A stretch of DNA of 64,000 bases from Armatimonadota bacterium (GCA_046292385.1 JBKBRF010000015.1:32001-96000), one strand, 5' to 3'. Positions 38,347 to 49,619 are shown, counted from the first letter of the stretch. The notes: generated by a model from the sequence alone, not told the origin. Made by a program: numbers and translations.

Positions 38347-39588
38347 TCAGCGTAGCAGAGCGGCGCAAGCCCGACGGCGGTCGCCCACCAGAGCTGCGGC
38401 TTCCACTTCCTGTACCCGGGCGAGCCGGTCTGCGTATGCCACGAACGTGGATTGCGCCCGAAACCAGCGTGCGCGCTCGGCGACAGCGTTGAGATCTCCC
38501 CGTGCCAGATCCAGCGCCAGCTCCACCATCGCCAGGCGGCAGGACCGGGACGTGCTATTGCCATCCGACATCAGTCGGCACGAGCGTTCAGAGGCTCGCG
38601 TCGCCTCCCAGCACCGCACTGCATTGCTCGATTGTCCGAGAAGAGCCAGACACTCGGCTCTGGTAAGCCTCGTGTCCAGCCACTCCTGCTCGACTTGCCG
38701 GTCTCCTTGCTCCGCAAGGAGTTGCTCAGCCTGATCGAGCACGACCAGGGCATCCCGGGACCGCTCGGGAACCGCCACCTCACTCTTACAACCGAGCGAC
38801 CACGCCACGTACACCTTCGCCTGGTCTCTCAGGATGGCGGCCTCTCCCGGACGGTGAATCTGGAACTCCGAGAACAGCCGGTGCGCCTGCCGGCCGTGCC
38901 GGATGCTGATGGCGGGCGCATCGAGCCCGTGGTGCCGGGAGACGACGGCCGCCGCGCGATGGACGCAGCCGATGGCGCTCAGGACGGGCCTTTCCACCCC
39001 TCGATAGCCACTGCTCATGCGCAGTAGCCGGGTGGTCACGGCGGCGGCATCCCTGGCACGACCGGCGTAGCAGAACCAGTTCACGAGTTGGCTGCCGGTC
39101 CGCAGAACCACGGCATAGCCCGGCTCAGACGGCTCCGGCGGCGCCGGGGAGAGCATTTCCCACGCGTAGGCAAGATGGCTGGTCGCAGCGAGCCACTCAT
39201 GCCGGTCGAACAGCTCTACGCCCAGTTCGCCCGCCTCCAAGGCTTCACGACGACTCTCCTTCCAGCTCTCGTCCGGGAGTTCGTACCCGCCGAGGGCCTG
39301 GGTGATCCGGCTGGAGAGGCGTTCCAACGCCCGAAAGCCTTCGAGATCGAGCCGCAGGCGTAACGCGACCGACGGTAGCATCTCTCTTCGAAGTGCCCAG
39401 AAGAGAAGCAGGGCGCGGTTCCGAAGGTGGCTGGGCGAGAGGTCGGCAGGGTTTACGCCCAACTCCTTCGCCAGAACCCGGAGCGACGCCCGGGTCGACG
39501 TTGCAAACTCTTCCAGCGCGCGGACGACCTCGACAGTACTCTCGGCGGAAAGCTGGCGCCAATCGGGCGGGTGGCGTCTAACAGGCAT
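38347..39588 (-). CDS. Hypothetical protein with possible N-terminal HTH and helical repeats
   Basis: SLRVLAKELGVNPADLS; divergent from the next operon. Confidence 0.6.
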   Translation of the reverse strand: MPVRRHPPDWRQLSAESTVEVVRALEEFATSTRASLRVLAKELGVNPADLSPSHLRNRALLLFWALRREMLPSVALRLRLDLEGFRALERLSSRITQALGGYELPDESWKESRREALEAGELGVELFDRHEWLAATSHLAYAWEMLSPAPPEPSEPGYAVVLRTGSQLVNWFCYAGRARDAAAVTTRLLRMSSGYRGVERPVLSAIGCVHRAAAVVSRHHGLDAPAISIRHGRQAHRLFSEFQIHRPGEAAILRDQAKVYVAWSLGCKSEVAVPERSRDALVVLDQAEQLLAEQGDRQVEQEWLDTRLTRAECLALLGQSSNAVRCWEATRASERSCRLMSDGNSTSRSCRLAMVELALDLARGDLNAVAERARWFRAQSTFVAYADRLARVQEVEAAALVGDRRRACAALLR

Positions 39589-39842
39589 CCGAGCCAGCTC
39601 TCCTCATTCGTCCAGTAGTTCGCCCGGCGGCGGTCGTTGCTCCTTAAAACGTAGCCGGCTCGGCCGTGGATGCGCCGGTTACTAGAATGTTCGGCCGGTT
39701 GGCGTCTATGCCAGTACCTAATCGGCTCCCGCCTGACGCACCTTTCAATGGCCCTATCAACGACCATCGTTAGCATGGGAACGAGACCGGTCGAGGCCGA
39801 GTGGGACCGCTTCTCGCACCAGACGAACACCTCAGCCCTGCG

Positions 39843-41384
39843 ATGGAAGAGCTCCTCATCCGGTTCCTGAATCACATCACGGCGCTGCAAAGGAAGCTCT
39901 CCCAGCGACACCCCGACTTGTGCGCCGGGGAGATCCAGGTCGGCCTGGCTGTACGCCCAGGGACAGACAAGGCTACCGGACCAGTTGCACTCGACCGGTC
40001 GGCCCAGGATCGGCACCTCTACCTGTTGGGGGCCTCTGGGTCGGGGAAGAGCCGGCTCTTGGAGCTCCTAGTCCGGCAACTGATCCGGCGGGGCGAGGGC
40101 TTCTGCCTCGTGGACCCGCACGGCGATCTCACGACCAACATTCTCACCTATCTCTACGATCGGAAGCACCGGCACTCCTCGGGTTTGGCCGTTGATGACT
40201 CGCGAGTTCACCTCATCGAGCCGTTCCGCGAGGAAGCCGTGGTTGGGTTGAACGCGCTCGATCCCGGGGGCGCCCCCCTCCATCCGCACATCGGTCAGCT
40301 AGTGAGCATCCTTCGCCGGTTCTGGTCCGGCTCCTGGGGCCCCCGGATGGAGGAATTGCTTCGGACTGGCCTGTTGACGCTCGCGTCCTGCAAACCGCCG
40401 CTCACCTTGGTAGAACTGGTTCCGCTCCTGGTCGACGCAGAATTCCGGGCTCGAGTCCTCACAACTGTCGATGATGATGCGGTGAGAGCCTACTGGCACT
40501 GTCGCTACGATCCGCTCTCCGGTGGCGGGCGGCTGGCGATGTCAGAGCCCGTGCTCAACAAGGTCGGTGCACTCCTGGCCGACCCGCGAGTACGCGGAAT
40601 GCTTGGACGCCGGGAGACAGGTTTGGATCTCCGGCGCCTGATGGACGCGGGCGGCTGGGTCCTCTTCAATTGCTCGCGCGGCCAGCTCCGGGACGCTTCG
40701 TATCTCCTCGGCTCGTTCCTCGTCGCCCAGATCCAGGCTGCCGCCCTCTCGCGGGCCGCAGTTTCCGAAGCCGACCGGCGGCCCTTCACGCTACTGGTGG
40801 ACGAGTTCCAGCACTTCCGGGCGGATGATTTTACGGAGATCCTCTGCGAGGCGCGCAAGTACCGGCTTCGGCTGGTGATGGCGCACCAGAACCTCTCACA
40901 GCTGGAGGCGCCGCTCCAGCAGGCGATCTTCAGCAACGCCGGAACTCACATCATCTTCGCGGTCTCCGCTCAGGACGCGGCGGCGGTCATCAAGCAGTCT
41001 CCGGAAGGGGTGATCGGCGTCGAGCAGCTCATCCACCAGCCGGTCGGGCACGCGTTCTTCTTCCGGCGAGGTCATCTCCCCGTCCGCACCCGTATCTTCC
41101 CGGTCGAGATCCCGGCGATTGCACCAGCCGAACTTGCCGTCTACGCGAGAGAGCTGGCGACCCGCCACGGGGTGCCGCTGAAGGAGGTCGAAGTCGAAAT
41201 CCGGCAGCGCGCAGGGGGCGCGGCCCCTGGACCCGATCCGGTTCCGGCAGCACCTTCGCCGCCGCCACCAAAGGGGAAACGGCGCCGGAAGGAAGCGGCT
41301 GGGGCGCCGCCTCAGCCGACCCCTTCAAGCCCTGCTGCTGGGTCCGAAGGTTCTGCACCGATCAAGGAGGCACCGGATGACTGA
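39843..41384 (+). CDS. Third VirD4/TrwB-like (DUF87) ATPase
   Basis: GASGSGKS, VDPHGDL, VDEFQHF and EARKYRL..AHQN. Confidence 0.88.
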   Translation: MEELLIRFLNHITALQRKLSQRHPDLCAGEIQVGLAVRPGTDKATGPVALDRSAQDRHLYLLGASGSGKSRLLELLVRQLIRRGEGFCLVDPHGDLTTNILTYLYDRKHRHSSGLAVDDSRVHLIEPFREEAVVGLNALDPGGAPLHPHIGQLVSILRRFWSGSWGPRMEELLRTGLLTLASCKPPLTLVELVPLLVDAEFRARVLTTVDDDAVRAYWHCRYDPLSGGGRLAMSEPVLNKVGALLADPRVRGMLGRRETGLDLRRLMDAGGWVLFNCSRGQLRDASYLLGSFLVAQIQAAALSRAAVSEADRRPFTLLVDEFQHFRADDFTEILCEARKYRLRLVMAHQNLSQLEAPLQQAIFSNAGTHIIFAVSAQDAAAVIKQSPEGVIGVEQLIHQPVGHAFFFRRGHLPVRTRIFPVEIPAIAPAELAVYARELATRHGVPLKEVEVEIRQRAGGAAPGPDPVPAAPSPPPPKGKRRRKEAAGAPPQPTPSSPAAGSEGSAPIKEAPDD

Positions 41385-42219
41385 ACGCCGCTCGCGATTC
41401 TCAAGGACCGTCGTCGTTCCTGGAACCGTGCTCACCGAGCGGGACGCGGCGCTGATCCTCGCCTGTTACCGGCACCAGTGGCTCACCCGGCAGCAGCTGC
41501 AGCTTCTCTTCGGGATGGGGGTCACGCGGATCAACCAGCGCCTGCGGCAGCTCTACGATTCTCGGTTCCTCGACCGGCTGCGCGCAGGCACGGTGGGAGT
41601 GGGGATGCAGCCAGTCTACGTCGCGGCCGAAGCCGCGGTGCCCCTCCTCAGCCGCAGCACCGATCTCCCGGAAGCCCAGATCCGGGAGCACCTGCGAGAA
41701 GACGCCAGGGCCAGCGCCGTTCTCCTGCCGCACGACCTTCAGGTCAACGACGTGCGGATCGCCCTCACCCGGGCGATCGACGGACACCCCGGACTTCGCC
41801 TCGATCTCTGGCTCAACACCCGGGAGTCGTATGATGCATTCGCTCCCGGACGAGTGCTTCGTCCGGATGGCTACTTCCGATTCTGGCAGGGAGACGTACT
41901 CTTCTCGTTCTACCTGGAAGTGGATCGAGGGACGTGCAACTTGCCCCGCTGGGAAGCCAAAGTGGAGCGGTATCAGGAGTACCGGGAAGATGGTCACTAC
42001 ACCGCTCGCCACGGGCTCTCCCGGTTCCGGGTGCTGGTGGCCGCTCCCAGCGCCGCCCGCCTGGAGAACCTCCGCGCGGCGACCGCGAAGGTGGTCAGCC
42101 GCAGCTTCTGGTTCGCGCTCACCGGAGAGCTGGGCGCCATCGCCGGTGTCGCCGCGCCGATCTGGCTGCCCCTCTCTGGCACGGCTCCCCGGCCTCTGAT
42201 CGAGTCTTCAGGAGAGTGA
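41377..42219 (+). CDS. Replication-relaxation family protein
   Basis: LTERD..IL, HDLQVND, RPDG and LEVDRGT...K...Y. Confidence 0.85.
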   Translation: MTERRSRFSRTVVVPGTVLTERDAALILACYRHQWLTRQQLQLLFGMGVTRINQRLRQLYDSRFLDRLRAGTVGVGMQPVYVAAEAAVPLLSRSTDLPEAQIREHLREDARASAVLLPHDLQVNDVRIALTRAIDGHPGLRLDLWLNTRESYDAFAPGRVLRPDGYFRFWQGDVLFSFYLEVDRGTCNLPRWEAKVERYQEYREDGHYTARHGLSRFRVLVAAPSAARLENLRAATAKVVSRSFWFALTGELGAIAGVAAPIWLPLSGTAPRPLIESSGE

Positions 42220-42221
42220 GG

Positions 42222-42656
42222 ATGCCCTGGTACTGCGGGTACTGCAGCGCCTGGAACAAGAGCACGCACCGGGTATGCCCGAGCTGCGGGCGCCCGGCGA
42301 AAGGGCGGCTCTGCCGGCGCTGCCGCGCGGACGTGCCGAAGGACGCGAGCTACTGCACCAATTGCGGCAGCTCTCGCCTGACCGAGGCTGCGGTCCGCAA
42401 GCTGCCGCTGCCCACCACGCTCCCTTTGCGCCTCGCGCTTCTGGCTGGCATCCTGCTCCTCCTCTGGTTAGCCATCCACCTGCTGCGGTGGGTGCTACAC
42501 GGCGCGCTCAGTTTCGCCGCGCACGCCCTTGTCTGGGTCGTGGTCGCGTGGCTCCTGACCGGCATCCTGCCCCGGCCGTGGGGAGCGAAGGCGCGCGGAG
42601 CGGTCTGGACGACGCTGAAGTACTCGGTCGAGTTCCTCCGCAACCTGTTCAGCTAG
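42222..42656 (+). CDS. Double zinc-ribbon membrane protein
   Basis: Four CxxC pairs followed by two hydrophobic helices. Confidence 0.78.
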   Translation: MPWYCGYCSAWNKSTHRVCPSCGRPAKGRLCRRCRADVPKDASYCTNCGSSRLTEAAVRKLPLPTTLPLRLALLAGILLLLWLAIHLLRWVLHGALSFAAHALVWVVVAWLLTGILPRPWGAKARGAVWTTLKYSVEFLRNLFS

Positions 42657-42966
42657 CGGCAGGAGGGGCAGTGACACCCCTTGCAATGGCCCGTGCACCG
42701 CTGCGCGTATCCGTTACTAGACGCTGCAGGCACGGGCGCGTGCCTGTACTTCGGGGAGAGTGTCGCTGTGGCTTCGTCGCAGCATCGGCCCGCTCCATCA
42801 CCTTCCAACGTCGATCTTCCCGCTGTTGTCCTCTTTGCCAATCCTCCACCGGCCGGCCGGTGATCTACTGGACCCCATGGCCGCCGGACGTCATCCTGAC
42901 AACGGGACTTGCACCGCGGCGGCCCAAGATGCGACGGATGGAGCCGCGGACCTGCCGGAGCGGGCG

Positions 42967-43932
42967 ATGAAACGTGAACTGACCCTTTCCCAGGCTATCG
43001 AGGCCTATTCCCTGCACCAGGCGGCGCGGGGCGACTCGGAGACCCACCGCAAGGAGTGCCGTCGGACCCTCGGAGCCTTCGTCTCCTGCTGTGGTGACTT
43101 GCCGGCCGCAGGGGTGAGGCCGGACGAGCTGCGTGTCTTCATGAACGAGCTGCGGTCCCGGCCCGGGTTAGGCGGCAGAGAGCGGCTTTCCGATCTCACC
43201 CTGGCGGCTTACCACCGGGTGCTGGCCGCCTTCTTCCGGTTCCTGGAGACGGAGGGGCACGTCGAGGCGAGTCCGATGCGGGCCGTGCCCAGGCCGAAGA
43301 CGCGCCTGCAGCTGATCCGGCCGTTCTCCGAAGAGCAGCTACGGCGCCTCATTGCGCAGCCGGACCCCGCGAGCTTCATCGGGCTGCGGGACCGCACCCT
43401 GATGGTGTTCCTCGCCGACACCGGCTGCCGGATCTCCGAGTGCCTGGGGATCACCTACACCGATCTCGATCTGGACGCCCGCACCGTCCGCGTGCTCGGC
43501 AAGGGAGCCCGGGAGCGAATGGTCCCCTTCGGGGAGCGGACCCGGCAGTGGCTCGAAGCCTACCTGGCGCGGCGCCGGGAGAGCGAGCTGTCCGACCGGA
43601 TCTTCGTCAACGAGTTTGGCGAGCCGCTGACTCGCGGCACGGTCGCCCGGCGGTTCGCCGGGTACGGCCGTCAGGCGGGGATCCGCGGCGTCAGAGTGAG
43701 TCCTCACACGTTTAGGCATACCTTCGCGGTGCAGTGGTTGCTGGGCAGCGGCGATTACAAGGGCGACGCCCTCTCGCTTCAACGCATCCTGGGTCACTCC
43801 ACCCCGGCAATGACCCAGCGGTACGTCCACCTGACGAGCGGCGATCTCGGGAGACTTCACGCGAGGCTTTCACCCGCAGACAAATTGTCGGAGGCGCCCC
43901 CGCAGGTGGGTCGACGGCGGCGTCTCCGCTAA
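42967..43932 (+). CDS. Tyrosine recombinase/integrase
   Basis: TGCRISE, GKG, HTFRHTFA and LGHS...TQRY. Confidence 0.93.
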   Translation: MKRELTLSQAIEAYSLHQAARGDSETHRKECRRTLGAFVSCCGDLPAAGVRPDELRVFMNELRSRPGLGGRERLSDLTLAAYHRVLAAFFRFLETEGHVEASPMRAVPRPKTRLQLIRPFSEEQLRRLIAQPDPASFIGLRDRTLMVFLADTGCRISECLGITYTDLDLDARTVRVLGKGARERMVPFGERTRQWLEAYLARRRESELSDRIFVNEFGEPLTRGTVARRFAGYGRQAGIRGVRVSPHTFRHTFAVQWLLGSGDYKGDALSLQRILGHSTPAMTQRYVHLTSGDLGRLHARLSPADKLSEAPPQVGRRRRLR

Positions 43933-44099
43933 CCGATAGTCACCGGCCTCTACGGGAACCGACCTATTCATTCTGGGAGGACGCCAGGGAGCTCTTCGCG
44001 AATCAGTCAGTAGCTGGCACCCCGCGATTGCCGCACCTAGCTCTTGGCCGGGTAGAGTTCGCGCCAGCCAGCCGAGGGAAAACAGTCGAAGGGATTGTC

Positions 44100-44290
44100 C
44101 GGTCCTTCACGCATCCGCTGCCGCACGCGCGGATGAATGTCGGTCCCTCCCGCCCCGGCGAAGTGCGGCATCCGTCCGCCACGGGAGGGCGCGACCAGAA
44201 TCTCATTGAGCTTCTCATCCGGGGTAATCACTTTCCATCGACGACCCGCCAGGATGGCTGGACTCAAAGTGGGGGACGAGGAAAGGTGCT
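44100..44290 (-). pseudogene. Possible fragment of an Lhr-like DEAD/DEAH helicase C-terminal region
   Basis: ILAGRRWKV...EILVAPSRGGRMPHFAGAGGTDIHPRVRQRMRE resembles such helicase tails (from memory). Confidence 0.4.
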
Positions 44291-44534
44291 CGTCTTCGAT
44301 GCCACGTCCTAGGGGGAGATCGGTCAGGCGTACCTCCGCATGTTCGGAGCGATGCCGGAGGCAGAGGCCTGGCCGCGCGCTTTCGCGGCAAAGCCCAAGA
44401 GAAATACGACGGCTTTCTGTCAGAGGCACTACAAGCTCAGGAGATTGCGCGGAACAGCCTCGACCTTCCGGGAGCCGCTGACCTAATCGCTACCCTAACA
44501 CGTGATACGTGAAATAGACGCCCCCGGAGAAACG

Positions 44535-45251
44535 ATGACAAACTCAAGGAAGGCGGTCGTTCTGCTGAGCGGTGGGCTGGACTCGACGACCACTCTCGCG
44601 ATCGCTCGGCAGCTAGGCTATGAACTGTACGCTCTGACCTTCTATTATGGCCAGCGCCATGGATCCGAGATCGAGGCGGCCCGAGAGATCGCTCGCCGAT
44701 ACAGCGTTGCCGAACACGTGGTCGTCGAGATTGACCTACGCCTCTTTGGCGGATCGGCGCTGACAAGTGAACTCGAGGTCCCCAAGGGGCGTGCGCTGTG
44801 GGAGATCGGAGAGGGAGTCCCGGTGACGTACGTGCCTGCCCGCAACACGATCTTTCTCTCCTACGCCCTCGCGTGGGCGGAGACTCTGGGTTCCAGCGAC
44901 ATCTTCATGGGCGTGAACACCCTTGATTACAGCGGCTATCCGGACTGCCGACCCGAGTATGTGGCGGCCTTCCAGCATATGGCTAACCTCGCCACCCGGG
45001 CTGGAGTGGAGGGACGGCAGGAACTTCAGATCCACACGCCGCTGATCCATCTCAGCAAAGCCGAGATCGTCCGCAAAGGCGTTGAACTCGGGGTTGACTA
45101 CGGCCTGACCCGTACCTGCTACGATCCCTCTCCTCAAGGCGATGCGTGCGGGGCTTGCGATGCGTGTCTCCTGCGCCTTAAGGGGTTCGCCGAGAATGGC
45201 ATGAACGATCCGGCACCCTACGCCGGCGCACTAGTTCCCGCATCCGCCTGA
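44535..45251 (+). CDS. queC: 7-cyano-7-deazaguanine synthase QueC
   Basis: [34 protein letters not shown] and C...CGACDAC. Confidence 0.96.
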   Translation: MTNSRKAVVLLSGGLDSTTTLAIARQLGYELYALTFYYGQRHGSEIEAAREIARRYSVAEHVVVEIDLRLFGGSALTSELEVPKGRALWEIGEGVPVTYVPARNTIFLSYALAWAETLGSSDIFMGVNTLDYSGYPDCRPEYVAAFQHMANLATRAGVEGRQELQIHTPLIHLSKAEIVRKGVELGVDYGLTRTCYDPSPQGDACGACDACLLRLKGFAENGMNDPAPYAGALVPASA

Positions 45252-46363
45252 GGCTGCTGTCCTTGGGCTGGGATACATGAGGTTGGGCCTCCCAGCGTCT
45301 CCGCCACCCGCTCAACCAGCGGCAAGTAGATGGAATTGTCCAGCCGGTCGCGGTAGTTCGCCTCGTACGTGCCTGCTGCGATCTGCTGGTCGATCCACTC
45401 CGCCTCTTGAAGCAGTACCCATAGGTTATGGGTGGCGCGGTGGCAGAATCCGGGTAGCTTGTCTGCCTTCAGGCCATCCACCCCGTGCTGCTGGCAGGGT
45501 GGGCAGACGCACTCAGCAAGCAGGTCCCACTCTCTCTCGTTGGGTTTACGCCCGCGCCAGCTTCCCATCTCGACTAGGGTGCGGTCGCCGCTTCCCGGCA
45601 ACTGCACGATCCCGCGAGCCGCGCGGTTGCGCCAGCCGCAAGAATCGGCTGAATCGAACCCCAGTAAGGCGGCCAGGTGGAGGGTGGCGGTGCCACCTAT
45701 GCCGAAGACGTGCAGTTGCTTGCCGGCCAGGACCTTCCGTGTATCTCCGAGCCCTTGAATCACCGCATCATATGCCATCGCCTTCTTGGCGCGGAGCAGG
45801 TTCGGCACGATGGCACCGAGAGCGACATCCCCCTTGCGTGCGAGGTTCTCGTCCCCAAGTAGCTGCTCCAGGTACTCAGCGAGCAGAGGGCTGATGTGGA
45901 TCACCGGAGCATAGCCGTCGTGTTCATGCTGCCGGTTCATGGCCATCGTCTTGGTCAGACACTGCTTCTGCTCCTCATCACTCATGCTGGGGAGCGGGAT
46001 AAAATCCTGGGCGATCGGCTTCCAATCCGGCCCCGCCGCCTCGACAAAGCGCTGGTACTGCTCCACGTCCGTGGTTAGGCCCTTGGAAGAGAGATTGAAT
46101 GCCCCGTTATCTAGAAAGATAGCCACGCCCTTCGGCACGCCAAGGAAGTCGCGCAGGCCCTCCTTCATCGCTTGCTGTCGTTTCGGGGAATCGATATGCT
46201 CCGGCTCCTGATCTGGCTGGGTGGGTCGTGTTTGGTTGCGGGGAAACTCCGCATAGGAGACCATCAGAGCCTTCAGTGCCTCCAGAAAGTACGGCGAGTC
46301 TGGATCCCATACGGGCGGATGGAGGTTTCTGAGACTCAGCCCGGCGACGACCTGGATGCCCAC
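45218..46363 (-). CDS. tRNA-guanine transglycosylase-fold protein (TGT/DpdA-like)
   Basis: [22 protein letters not shown] and Zn site CVCPPC...HN. Confidence 0.8.
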   Translation of the reverse strand: MGIQVVAGLSLRNLHPPVWDPDSPYFLEALKALMVSYAEFPRNQTRPTQPDQEPEHIDSPKRQQAMKEGLRDFLGVPKGVAIFLDNGAFNLSSKGLTTDVEQYQRFVEAAGPDWKPIAQDFIPLPSMSDEEQKQCLTKTMAMNRQHEHDGYAPVIHISPLLAEYLEQLLGDENLARKGDVALGAIVPNLLRAKKAMAYDAVIQGLGDTRKVLAGKQLHVFGIGGTATLHLAALLGFDSADSCGWRNRAARGIVQLPGSGDRTLVEMGSWRGRKPNEREWDLLAECVCPPCQQHGVDGLKADKLPGFCHRATHNLWVLLQEAEWIDQQIAAGTYEANYRDRLDNSIYLPLVERVAETLGGPTSCIPAQGQQPQADAGTSAPA

Positions 46364-48111
46364 TACCGCCGCCCCTCGGCGTTCAACTGCTCTCGCGCCT
46401 CCTCAAGAGCGACGAACGCGTCCGTCTCCTCGTGCTCTCCTTGCGACTGGGGCTGCTTGATACGCACTAAGACGGGGAAGTTAATGAACTGGCCCGACAG
46501 GAGCGCCTCTCCCACGTCCAGGTCAGGGAGCATCTTGGCGTCCTCCGCGCCAAGACTCTCAATCGACTTGCGAACAAAGGATTGATCATCGGGGTTCACC
46601 ATCCGCATGATGATGAACGAGTTGCACTGCGACAGGGTGGTCTCATCCAGCCGAGATGGGCGCTGACTGATCATCACCAGGCCGACACCAAACTTGCGTC
46701 CCTCCTGGGCGATTTGCTTGGTCGTGGTGATCGCTTGCTGCTCCGCTGCCGAGGCAGCCCGCGCTGGGGCGAAGTTGTGAGCTTCCTCTAGGACAAGTAG
46801 CACAGGCAACTTCAGATCGCCAGCAACCCGGGCGCTGAAGATGGCGTCCGCAACGAGGCTGTAGATTGTCGCCTGAAAGTCGTCCGTATAGCCGGCAAGC
46901 GCGACGATGCTGATGCCTCCATATCGCACCAGATCAGTCCGATTTACCGGAAGCGGATTACTGTTCCGAGACACACGGCGGCTGATCTCTTCCATCTGCC
47001 GTAGCCGTTTCGCTCCACGCCTCAGGTTATTTGGGAAGCTCTCCAGCCAACCACCGGTCTGTCGGTTGATGCGCAGTTGCTCCCGTCCGCTCCATTCAAT
47101 GAGCCGGTCCTTCGCGTCGGAATCGTCGGTCCGGGCCGCCTTGGCAACGGCTTGCACGAAATCGGCTAGAAAGTACAGATTGGGGCTCGGGCGGTACTGC
47201 TTGATGCGATCGTTCCCGAGATACTCGCTGAGCCAGATGGTGCGCTCCTCCAGCGCAGCGGCATCACCGATGAATGCTTTGGCACCCTGGAATAGGTCAT
47301 CGAAAAGGCTGCGGTGGGTATTAGCCATCTGCCATCCCAACGCCTCGATAACTGAGGCAGCCGTTTCCGGTGCTTGCTCGAAGATTGGGAGTTGCGCGAA
47401 GTAACGCTGAACTCGCTGTGCGATTGCGGGAACATCCGCGAGTCCTGTGTAGTCGCCGTGGGGATCGAAGATCACCATCGGGTAGTTCTTCGCCGCCAAC
47501 TGCTCGATGACCCGGCGAGCCGTCACGCTTTTGCCGGCGCCAGTCATCGCTAGAATCGCTAGGTGCCGCGTGACGACTGCATGCCCGTCCACGCACACAT
47601 CAACCTCGGGCCGGTTGGAGAGCGTGGCGACGTCGAGCGCCCTCGAAGTGTGCAGTCGCAGATCTCCCAGAACAACCCGAGCAATGTCTTCCGAGGCCGG
47701 ACGGTAGGCACTGCTGGCGGGCTGTGGTGGGTAGCGAAGGTGATCAAGCCTCCCCCGACTCGATCCCTCGCATGGTTCGCTCCCCAACACCTGACAGACA
47801 GCGGTCACCATCTCGCGGCTCAGCGAGAGTACAGTGTCGAAGGGGTCCGTGCGCGTCGCTGCTAACTCATGTCCTGCTTCGGCGGGAAACAGAGGATTGA
47901 GCCGTTCGATGCGCTGGACCTTCGCCCAAACGCGGATAGTGGTTCCGGTGTCGCCGTCACCGACCTGACGCAATGTGGCGTCAACCGCAATGATGTCCTG
48001 CTCCTTGACCGCCTCGTGCGCGATCGCCAGTCTGAACTCGCGACTGGTGCTCTCACCGACAAGCGTTCCGACATACCGGTTGTTTTCTTCGTGCACTGGT
48101 TCCCTGGCCAT
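46363..48111 (-). CDS. herA: HerA-family ATPase (HAS barrel + DUF87)
   Basis: HLAILAMTGAGKS, FDPHGDY, LEEAHNF and EGRKFGVG..ISQRPS; alternative TTG start at 48156. Confidence 0.9.
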   Translation of the reverse strand: MAREPVHEENNRYVGTLVGESTSREFRLAIAHEAVKEQDIIAVDATLRQVGDGDTGTTIRVWAKVQRIERLNPLFPAEAGHELAATRTDPFDTVLSLSREMVTAVCQVLGSEPCEGSSRGRLDHLRYPPQPASSAYRPASEDIARVVLGDLRLHTSRALDVATLSNRPEVDVCVDGHAVVTRHLAILAMTGAGKSVTARRVIEQLAAKNYPMVIFDPHGDYTGLADVPAIAQRVQRYFAQLPIFEQAPETAASVIEALGWQMANTHRSLFDDLFQGAKAFIGDAAALEERTIWLSEYLGNDRIKQYRPSPNLYFLADFVQAVAKAARTDDSDAKDRLIEWSGREQLRINRQTGGWLESFPNNLRRGAKRLRQMEEISRRVSRNSNPLPVNRTDLVRYGGISIVALAGYTDDFQATIYSLVADAIFSARVAGDLKLPVLLVLEEAHNFAPARAASAAEQQAITTTKQIAQEGRKFGVGLVMISQRPSRLDETTLSQCNSFIIMRMVNPDDQSFVRKSIESLGAEDAKMLPDLDVGEALLSGQFINFPVLVRIKQPQSQGEHEETDAFVALEEAREQLNAEGRR

Positions 48112-48131
48112 GTGTGTGTCTGTAGCCGTTT

Positions 48132-49619
48132 CTAAGCTTCCGGGCGAAAGAGCCAATCCCGGTGCGTGATGTAGATCGCTTGGACCAGGATCCGGCGCAT
48201 CTCCGCGTCACTCACGTCGCCGCGTTGGAGACTCACGCCAAGGTGGTACTTGATGAGCTTGCTGTAGGCATCGGTTAACCACGCTGGGACATGAGCGTAT
48301 TTGTCAGCGGTGTCGAGACCCACGGGGAACCCATAGCCGGGGAGCAGCCGCGAGTAGAGATAGGCCCTGCGCGCTGCTTCGGTCACCTGATCCGTTCCCA
48401 GTTCCGGGAAGACCTCCACCCGTATCGGGAGAGTGTTCTCCGATACCTGAACATAGCAGCCTTCCACCCGCGGAAAGCCAATCCGCCCCGGCCGGAGGGG
48501 GCTGAAGTCTACCCGGCTGGTCCCGGCTTCACCCGTGAGCGACACATCCCCGTGCCGGAGCCCGTCGTACTTGGGAATCTCCCAAGAGCTCGAGTATTCG
48601 CCCGTCCGAAGGAGCATGGCTAGCAAGAGCGCGTCCGTATACCCGAGCCGATCCAGCAACGCCTTGGGCGAGGTGAGATCCTTTCGCCCGTACATCTTGT
48701 TGAAGTAGTCGGCCTTTCCCAACTCGCGGAGCTTTCGGAACACGCGCTCCAGGAGGATCCGCTCCGAAAAGTCCCGCAGTTCCCCCCGTTCGACCACCCC
48801 CGCGATGATCGGGACAGGACGCCGAGAACGGGCGACGTGAATGAGCCGACGGTATAGGAACGCAATCCAAGCCAACGGTTCGAACAGTCTCCGGCGCGTC
48901 CACTCCTCGGCGCGATCCGTCATCCGTGGGTAAATGTCCAGATAGGCCTCCCGGAGAAACTCCTCCTTGAGCTGCTGCCCCGCGACGGGATCAGGGGCGT
49001 AGTGCTTAAGGAAGAGATCGACGTCGGCTTCGGTGAAGGGCGTGTGCCCGGCATAGCCACCCATCAGGTAGACGAGCGGCCCATGGTACATTAGGGCGCG
49101 GAGGTCCAGGTTTCGCTCGAGGGCCGACAATCCGCCTAATAGCTCCGCCGTGATCCGGACGATATCGACGAAGTCCTTTCGGGTCTTGCTCCCTCCCTCG
49201 AGGTCTCCCAGGATGACAGGGTAATATCCAAACTGCTCCCGCTCCTCCAGGCGGCGCTCACCAGTACGCACGCAATAGGACCCAACGCGCAGCAGGATTG
49301 GCACCTGACTGGATATCTGGACCCGTCCCACTCCGCCGTCGATGAAGGACACCACCTCGCCCTGCACGGAGCCCCAGCCTACCTCGCCGATCTGCTGGAC
49401 CGGGAGCATTGGCTCAGCGGTACTCCCGCGGGCAGCGTTCTCAACGTCCCGGCGAAGGGCAGTGATGAATCGGGCGGTGTTCCGGAAGTAGTTGTCCCGA
49501 AGGCTCTCCGCCACGGTGAGCGCATTCTCGGCCAGCCGGAACATTAGATGCGGCTGGCGCTGGAGGTCTTCCCTGACGCCGTCTTCCGTCAGTCGACGAT
49601 CGCTGTGCGGATCACTCAT
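48132..49619 (-). CDS. nurA: NurA-family nuclease
   Basis: SFIDGG, HGPL, AGVVE and GFPVGLDTADKYA; directly upstream of HerA. Confidence 0.75.
   Translation of the reverse strand: MSDPHSDRRLTEDGVREDLQRQPHLMFRLAENALTVAESLRDNYFRNTARFITALRRDVENAARGSTAEPMLPVQQIGEVGWGSVQGEVVSFIDGGVGRVQISSQVPILLRVGSYCVRTGERRLEEREQFGYYPVILGDLEGGSKTRKDFVDIVRITAELLGGLSALERNLDLRALMYHGPLVYLMGGYAGHTPFTEADVDLFLKHYAPDPVAGQQLKEEFLREAYLDIYPRMTDRAEEWTRRRLFEPLAWIAFLYRRLIHVARSRRPVPIIAGVVERGELRDFSERILLERVFRKLRELGKADYFNKMYGRKDLTSPKALLDRLGYTDALLLAMLLRTGEYSSSWEIPKYDGLRHGDVSLTGEAGTSRVDFSPLRPGRIGFPRVEGCYVQVSENTLPIRVEVFPELGTDQVTEAARRAYLYSRLLPGYGFPVGLDTADKYAHVPAWLTDAYSKLIKYHLGVSLQRGDVSDAEMRRILVQAIYITHRDWLFRPEA

Noticed and set aside
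39735..42725. Shared CAATGGCCC motif upstream of the ATPase and integrase genes as a regulatory site
   Set aside because: Only 9 bp in two copies with non-standard promoter spacing; chance cannot be excluded.
44535..46363. Type IV CBASS, QatABCD, canonical Dpd cluster or housekeeping queuosine operon
   Set aside because: No cyclase, TatD/QatB, DpdB/C or queD/E/F/A genes are recognisable nearby.
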